DNA of 32,000 bases. It comes from an uncultured Erysipelotrichaceae bacterium. Lineage in GTDB: Bacteria; Bacillota_I; Bacilli_A; Erysipelotrichales; Erysipelotrichaceae. Positions 28,146 to 32,000 of the stretch are shown piece after piece (position 1 is the stretch's first letter; every line of letters starts with the position of its first letter). The position numbers were made by a program, and so were the translations under genes. A model generated the notes under the pieces. It ran no database searches and was not told where the DNA came from. It was given only the letters and a program-made list of their open reading frames with translations. The stretch covers positions 180,001-212,000 of the forward strand of contig CAYNZZ010000001.1 of NCBI GenBank assembly GCA_964401865.1. Direction: 5' to 3'.

Positions 28146-28176
28146 TTAAATTATAAAATTAACATTTTAGACTATT

Positions 28177-28250
28177 AAAAATAAACCTTATTTGTAGTTA
28201 CTCCTTAAAGTCCGATTTATGAGAGCACTACATTGATAGGTTTATTTTTT
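28177..28250. terminator. Long compound hairpin, a candidate bidirectional terminator between convergent genes
   Basis: The outer stem is a perfect 12 bp, aaaaataaacct (28177-28188) / aggtttattttt (28238-28249). The inner stem is tgtagt (28193-28198) / actaca (28227-28232). It is flanked by an A-run and a T-run. Confidence 0.45.
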
Positions 28251-28359
28251 CTTTGATATGAAAACAGATAAATAAGCATTATGGTGATGAAATTCAAAGT
28301 GTTTGTTGTTGGTGTTATGTAAAAAGCCAGTATTATTGGCAGTAATAGATTTTTTGTGT

Positions 28360-29088
28360 TTAAAATGATGAAAAAGTATATTCGTATATGTCAGAACGAT
28401 ATAAAGACACAGTATATTGAATTGGAACAGAAGTATTTTTTATATTTACATATCTAATCGAAGTGCTGCATAGAAGAGCTTTGGAAGAAGTTTGAAGCAA
28501 TTCTAACTCTTCTTTTTTTCCTTCTAGAGCCTTTAGACGAGTATTGAAACCGACGATTGTATAACCGCATTCTTTCAAATAAATATCTAACGAGCCGTCT
28601 AGAGCACCTAAATTAAAATTAGGAATGAAATGTTGAGGCATATATGTATATTGGATGGCGATAGGTGTGTTATCGCCGGTTCTAAGCCTGGTGATGAAGT
28701 ACATATAATCCGAAGCTTTGATGTTTAATTCCTTTGCAACCTTCAGATTGTCCTTGCCTCTTAACAGTTCAAAACCAATGAGTCGTGAACCGGGTGTTAA
28801 ACCGATATTGCGCATATCATCACTAAAACTCATCTTCTTTTTGATGTTTCTGTTTACTGGGCGATTAGAAACAAAAGATCCTTTGCCTGGTGTGCGTACA
28901 ATAAAACCAGTAAGGGCGAGATTGGCAAGTGTGGCGTGAACAGTTTGACGACTGAAACCAAATTTTTCAGCCAGTTCAATCTCTGAAGGAATTTTGTCGC
29001 CAACTTTTAAATGTCCATCTCTAATCTCTTGAATAATATAATTTTCAAGGATTTGCTTCTTTGATTTTTTTTCTTTCAAGTCATTCAC
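28360..29088 (-). CDS. GntR-family transcriptional regulator, HutC/UTRA subfamily
   Basis: This is track ORF 28360..29145 trimmed to GTG 29088. TTG 29079, preceded by aaggtga, is an equally good start. The wHTH region is KIPSEIELAEKFGFSRQTVHATLANLALTGFIVRTPGKGSFV, and the C-terminal effector domain is UTRA-like. Confidence 0.8.
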   Translation of the reverse strand: MNDLKEKKSKKQILENYIIQEIRDGHLKVGDKIPSEIELAEKFGFSRQTVHATLANLALTGFIVRTPGKGSFVSNRPVNRNIKKKMSFSDDMRNIGLTPGSRLIGFELLRGKDNLKVAKELNIKASDYMYFITRLRTGDNTPIAIQYTYMPQHFIPNFNLGALDGSLDIYLKECGYTIVGFNTRLKALEGKKEELELLQTSSKALLCSTSIRYVNIKNTSVPIQYTVSLYRSDIYEYTFSSF

Positions 29089-29148
29089 CTTTACACAATT
29101 ATAGCATGTGAAAACTATTATATGTAAAAAGAAATAAATGTACATAAT

Positions 29149-29166
29149 TATACATTTAAATGTATA
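29149..29166. promoter_or_regulatory. Candidate GntR/HutC operator (18-bp perfect palindrome)
   Basis: TATACATTTAAATGTATA is a perfect inverted repeat in the divergent regulator/PTS intergenic region. An extra half-site copy, aaatgtaca, lies at 29136-29144. The right arm overlaps the -35 position of a possible -10 TATATT (29186-29191). Confidence 0.45.
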
Positions 29167-29273
29167 TACAAAACGATAGAAAAGTTATATTATTTAATTA
29201 GCAAAAGGAGCCATAGAGGAGGTGCAAATGTAAACGGTTCCATAATTAAGTTTATAAAAAGAAGGAGAATAAT

Positions 29274-30023
29274 ATGGATTTTTTTACAGCATTAGTTATT
29301 AGTATAATTACTGGTTTGTCTTATTTGCTACGCCGTATTATGGGTGATTGCCAATTAGAAAGACCTCTAGTATTAGGACCTGTCATCGGTTTGATTTTAG
29401 GCGATTTGCCAACAGGTTTATTTGTAGGTGCATCATTAGAATTAGTATTCATGGGTGCTCAAGCTATCGGTGGCTCAGTGCCGTCTAATGTCGCTATTGG
29501 CAGCGCACTAGGTACTGTTGTAGCTATTACAAGTGGTACTGGTTTAGAAGGTGCGATTTTAGTTGCGACTCCAGTAGCAGTTGTAGCCTCTACTTTTGAA
29601 ACAATCGTTAAAGCCGGTTGTGCGGTATTTGCAGGCGGAGCAACAAAAGCTGCTGAAAATGGAAATGAGACTGGTATTAAAGTTATGTTCCATCTTGGAA
29701 ATTTAGCTCATTTCTTGGCTTACTTCATTCCAACATTCTTAGCATTATTCTATGGTGTTGAATTAGTTACTCAACTAATGAATTCGATTCCTGCTGATAT
29801 TATGGCTGGTATCTCGGCAATGGGCGCTCTACTTCCGGCACTTGGATTTGGCTTGTTGTTGAACAATTTAAGTACAAAGGATTTCATGCCTTATTTCTTC
29901 ATCGGTTTTGCACTTGCTGCATATATCCCGGCATTTGGTGTTATGGGAATTGCATTTATCGGTGTAGCATATGTTGCGATTTATGCTTTCAACAAGATTA
30001 AAGTTGCGAAAGGAGAAGAATAA
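29274..30023 (+). CDS. PTS mannose/fructose/sorbose-family EIIC component
   Basis: The SD gaaggaga is present. The protein is polytopic with family-typical segments: RPLVLGPVIGLILGD and GASLELVFMGAQAIGGSVPSNVAIGSALG. Confidence 0.9.
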   Translation: MDFFTALVISIITGLSYLLRRIMGDCQLERPLVLGPVIGLILGDLPTGLFVGASLELVFMGAQAIGGSVPSNVAIGSALGTVVAITSGTGLEGAILVATPVAVVASTFETIVKAGCAVFAGGATKAAENGNETGIKVMFHLGNLAHFLAYFIPTFLALFYGVELVTQLMNSIPADIMAGISAMGALLPALGFGLLLNNLSTKDFMPYFFIGFALAAYIPAFGVMGIAFIGVAYVAIYAFNKIKVAKGEE

Positions 30024-30025
30024 TC

Positions 30026-30835
30026 ATGTCAGAAAATAAAAAAGTTCTTACTAAATCCGATATAACCAGACTTTTCATTCGCTCTAATGCGATTCAAGGA
30101 GCATTTAACTTCCAAACTATGCAAGGTATGGGCTTTGGTTGGGCTATGCTTCCAATTATTGATAAATTATATCCTAATAAAGAAGACCGTATTGAAGGTT
30201 ATAAAAGACACATTGGTTATTTTAACTCTCATCCATGGCTTGTAGGTCCAATCTTTGGAATTACTGCATCAATGGAAGAAAGAAAATCTTTGGGCGAAGA
30301 TGTATCCGAAGAAAATATTCAAGCTGTTAAAGGTGCTTTAATGGGGCCTTTAGCTGGTATTGGCGACTCTTTACTTTGGGGTACTTTAAGACCTATCTTC
30401 GCTGGCGTTTGTGCTTCTTTGGCTTTGGCAGGAAATACTTTGGCACCATTGATTTTTGTTATCGGAATGAATATCATCCACTTCGCTTTACAATACTGGG
30501 GTGTATCAATTGGTTATAATTTCGCTGACACATTCATGGATAAGATGGAAGATCTACAAATCAAAGTGTGGATGGAATCGGCTACAATTTTAGGCTTGCT
30601 AGTAGTTGGCGGATTAACAGCTACTTGGCTAAATATCACTACAAAACTTTCTTATACAACAGGTGATGCTGTTATTTCATTGCAGAGTACTCTGGATTCA
30701 ATTTTGCCTAAACTCCTTCCTTTGCTATGTGTACTGGGTGTATACGGATTATTACGTAAAGGCAAGAGTGCTACATTTGTTATGGTGCTAATCTGTATCT
30801 TAGCATTTGTATTGGGCTTCTTTGGCATACTATAA
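30026..30835 (+). CDS. PTS mannose/fructose/sorbose-family EIID component
   Basis: The N-terminal amphipathic region LTKSDITRLFIRSNAIQGAFNFQTMQGMGFGWAMLP and FNSHPWLVGPIFG are EIID hallmarks. The gene starts 2 nt after the EIIC gene. Confidence 0.9.
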   Translation: MSENKKVLTKSDITRLFIRSNAIQGAFNFQTMQGMGFGWAMLPIIDKLYPNKEDRIEGYKRHIGYFNSHPWLVGPIFGITASMEERKSLGEDVSEENIQAVKGALMGPLAGIGDSLLWGTLRPIFAGVCASLALAGNTLAPLIFVIGMNIIHFALQYWGVSIGYNFADTFMDKMEDLQIKVWMESATILGLLVVGGLTATWLNITTKLSYTTGDAVISLQSTLDSILPKLLPLLCVLGVYGLLRKGKSATFVMVLICILAFVLGFFGIL

Positions 30836-30862
30836 TGCACGCAAAGAGGGAAATAATGATTT

Positions 30863-31345
30863 ATGGGTTTAGAATTAGTTAGATGTGATGACCGCTTGAT
30901 TCATGGTCAAGTAGTAATTGGATGGACTCGTTCAAGAGGTATCACAACCATTGTGGCCGTTGATGATAAGACGGCTAGTGATAAGTTTCAAATGCAACTT
31001 ATGAAAATGGCTACTCCACCGGGAGTAAAGCCAATCTTTTTGAGCGTTGAAGATGCGATTAAGAAGATTAAAGATGGCGAATTTGAAAAATCAAAATACA
31101 TGATTTTAGTAAAAACGCCCAAAACTATAAATGACTTAATTAGTGGTGGTGTCAATATCAAAGAGGTTAATGTTGGAAATCAACGTTCAGGAGAAGGAAA
31201 GGTCAAATTATTGAATTTTGTCTATTCAACAAGCGATGAAATAGCTGAATGGAAAAAATTAAACGATAATGGAATTAAGTTATATGGTCAAACACTTCCT
31301 GATACACCAAGCTTTGATATGAATGAGATTGCAAGTAAGTTATAA
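30863..31345 (+). CDS. PTS mannose/sorbose-family EIIB component
   Basis: LVRCDDRLIHGQVVIGW contains the phosphorylatable His motif (DDRLIHGQV) of sorbose-family EIIB. The protein is 160 aa. Confidence 0.9.
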   Translation: MGLELVRCDDRLIHGQVVIGWTRSRGITTIVAVDDKTASDKFQMQLMKMATPPGVKPIFLSVEDAIKKIKDGEFEKSKYMILVKTPKTINDLISGGVNIKEVNVGNQRSGEGKVKLLNFVYSTSDEIAEWKKLNDNGIKLYGQTLPDTPSFDMNEIASKL

Positions 31346-32000
31346 TGCAATACAATGCACTGGAACAAAGATACAATTTAAGTCGATATAGTGTTGCGGG
31401 TAAAAACGGAATGGTATGTTCAAGCTCGGCTTTAGCTTCACAAGCTGGGCTTGACATGCTAAAAAAAGGTGGAAATGCAGTCGATGCAGCAATTGCCACA
31501 GCAGCATGTTTATCGGTTGTTGAGCCGGTTAGTAACGGCCTTGGTGGTGATGCTTTTGCGATTGTTTATCTAAAAGACGATGATAAATTATATGGTTTAA
31601 ATGCATCGGGATATAGTCCTAAAAATATATCAATTGATGCTGTTAAAGCTTTAGGATATGAACAAATACCTAAACATGGTTGGCTTCCGATTGTAATACC
31701 TGGTCAACCTATGGCTTGGGCAAAACTGAACGAACGTTTTGGAAAATTGCCGCTTACTGAAGTGCTGAAGCCAGCTATTGATTATGCTGAAAATGGTTAT
31801 CCTTTATCGCCGGTTGTCAGCCATTTGTGGCAAAAATATGTCAGCAGAAATAAAGAAGAATTTGAAAAGGATCCGGCTTTTAATGAATGGTTTAAGATGT
31901 TTACTAAGAATGGCGAACCGTATCAATTTGGTGAGATAGTCAAGTTTAAGGATTTAGCAAAATCATTGCGTTTAATTGGTGAAACAAATGCCAGAGCTTT
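31345..32000 (+). CDS. Gamma-glutamyltransferase (GGT) family protein, N-terminal part (runs off the window end); no signal peptide
   Basis: Absent from the ORF track because it is open-ended. The ATG overlaps the EIIB stop (TAATG). Translation: MQYNALEQRYNLSRYSVAGKNGMVCSSSALASQAGLDMLKKGGNAVDAAIATAACLSVVEPVSNGLGGDAFAIVY..., which carries the GGNAVDAA and GxGGD motifs of the GGT family. Confidence 0.85.
   Translation, partial: MQYNALEQRYNLSRYSVAGKNGMVCSSSALASQAGLDMLKKGGNAVDAAIATAACLSVVEPVSNGLGGDAFAIVYLKDDDKLYGLNASGYSPKNISIDAVKALGYEQIPKHGWLPIVIPGQPMAWAKLNERFGKLPLTEVLKPAIDYAENGYPLSPVVSHLWQKYVSRNKEEFEKDPAFNEWFKMFTKNGEPYQFGEIVKFKDLAKSLRLIGETNARA

Noticed and set aside
28281-28322. 13-codon mini-ORF MVMKFKVFVVGVM in the convergent intergenic region, considered as a possible leader peptide
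   Set aside because: It has no SD and no downstream gene on that strand to regulate, because the next gene is convergent. It is most likely chance.
28718-28939. Plus-strand ORF 28718..28939
   Set aside because: It lies antisense to the GntR/UTRA regulator gene, so it is a shadow ORF.
29089-29145. N-terminal extension of the GntR ORF (MYIYFFLHIIVFTCYNCVK)
   Set aside because: It translates the AT-rich promoter/operator region and would add a hydrophobic segment foreign to GntR regulators. Internal GTG 29088 or TTG 29079 gives the usual ~10-13 residues before the wHTH.
30652-31499. Minus-strand ORFs 30652..30840 and 31275..31499
   Set aside because: They lie antisense to the PTS IID gene and to the IIB/GGT genes, and have no independent support.

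Overview
Low-GC, Firmicutes-type chromosomal segment (Bacilli/Erysipelotrichia-like) using the standard bacterial code: TGA serves as a stop and TGG encodes Trp. Most of it is housekeeping. Contents in order: two divergent D-2-hydroxyacid dehydrogenase paralogues; two overlapping membrane-protein genes of unknown function; a monocistronic isochorismatase-family hydrolase that looks highly expressed; a complete F1Fo ATP synthase operon (atpI-B-E-F-H-A-G-D-C); a ~3.4 kb stretch with decayed ORF fragments and a three-gene cassette (small Sec-signal protein, FtsX/MacB-type permease, permease N-terminal fragment, no ATPase); addA/addB on the minus strand; tsaC/sua5; a CBS-domain family II pyrophosphatase; a degenerate NagA-like amidohydrolase; a DUF1146/YwzB-like small membrane protein; a TagO/WecA-type GT4 phosphotransferase; a heterodimeric ABC exporter pair with one degenerate ATP site; and a divergent GntR/HutC regulator with a mannose-family PTS IIC-IID-IIB operon running into a leaderless gamma-glutamyltransferase-family gene. 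I found no tRNA, rRNA, CRISPR array, transposase or integrase. No clearly novel multi-gene system is demonstrable by eye. The best candidates for follow-up are the orphan secreted-protein/FtsX cassette (10.9-13.8 kb), the Na+-type two-carboxylate signature in the ATPase c subunit, the NagA-like pseudoenzyme, and the PTS-GGT linkage with its leader features.
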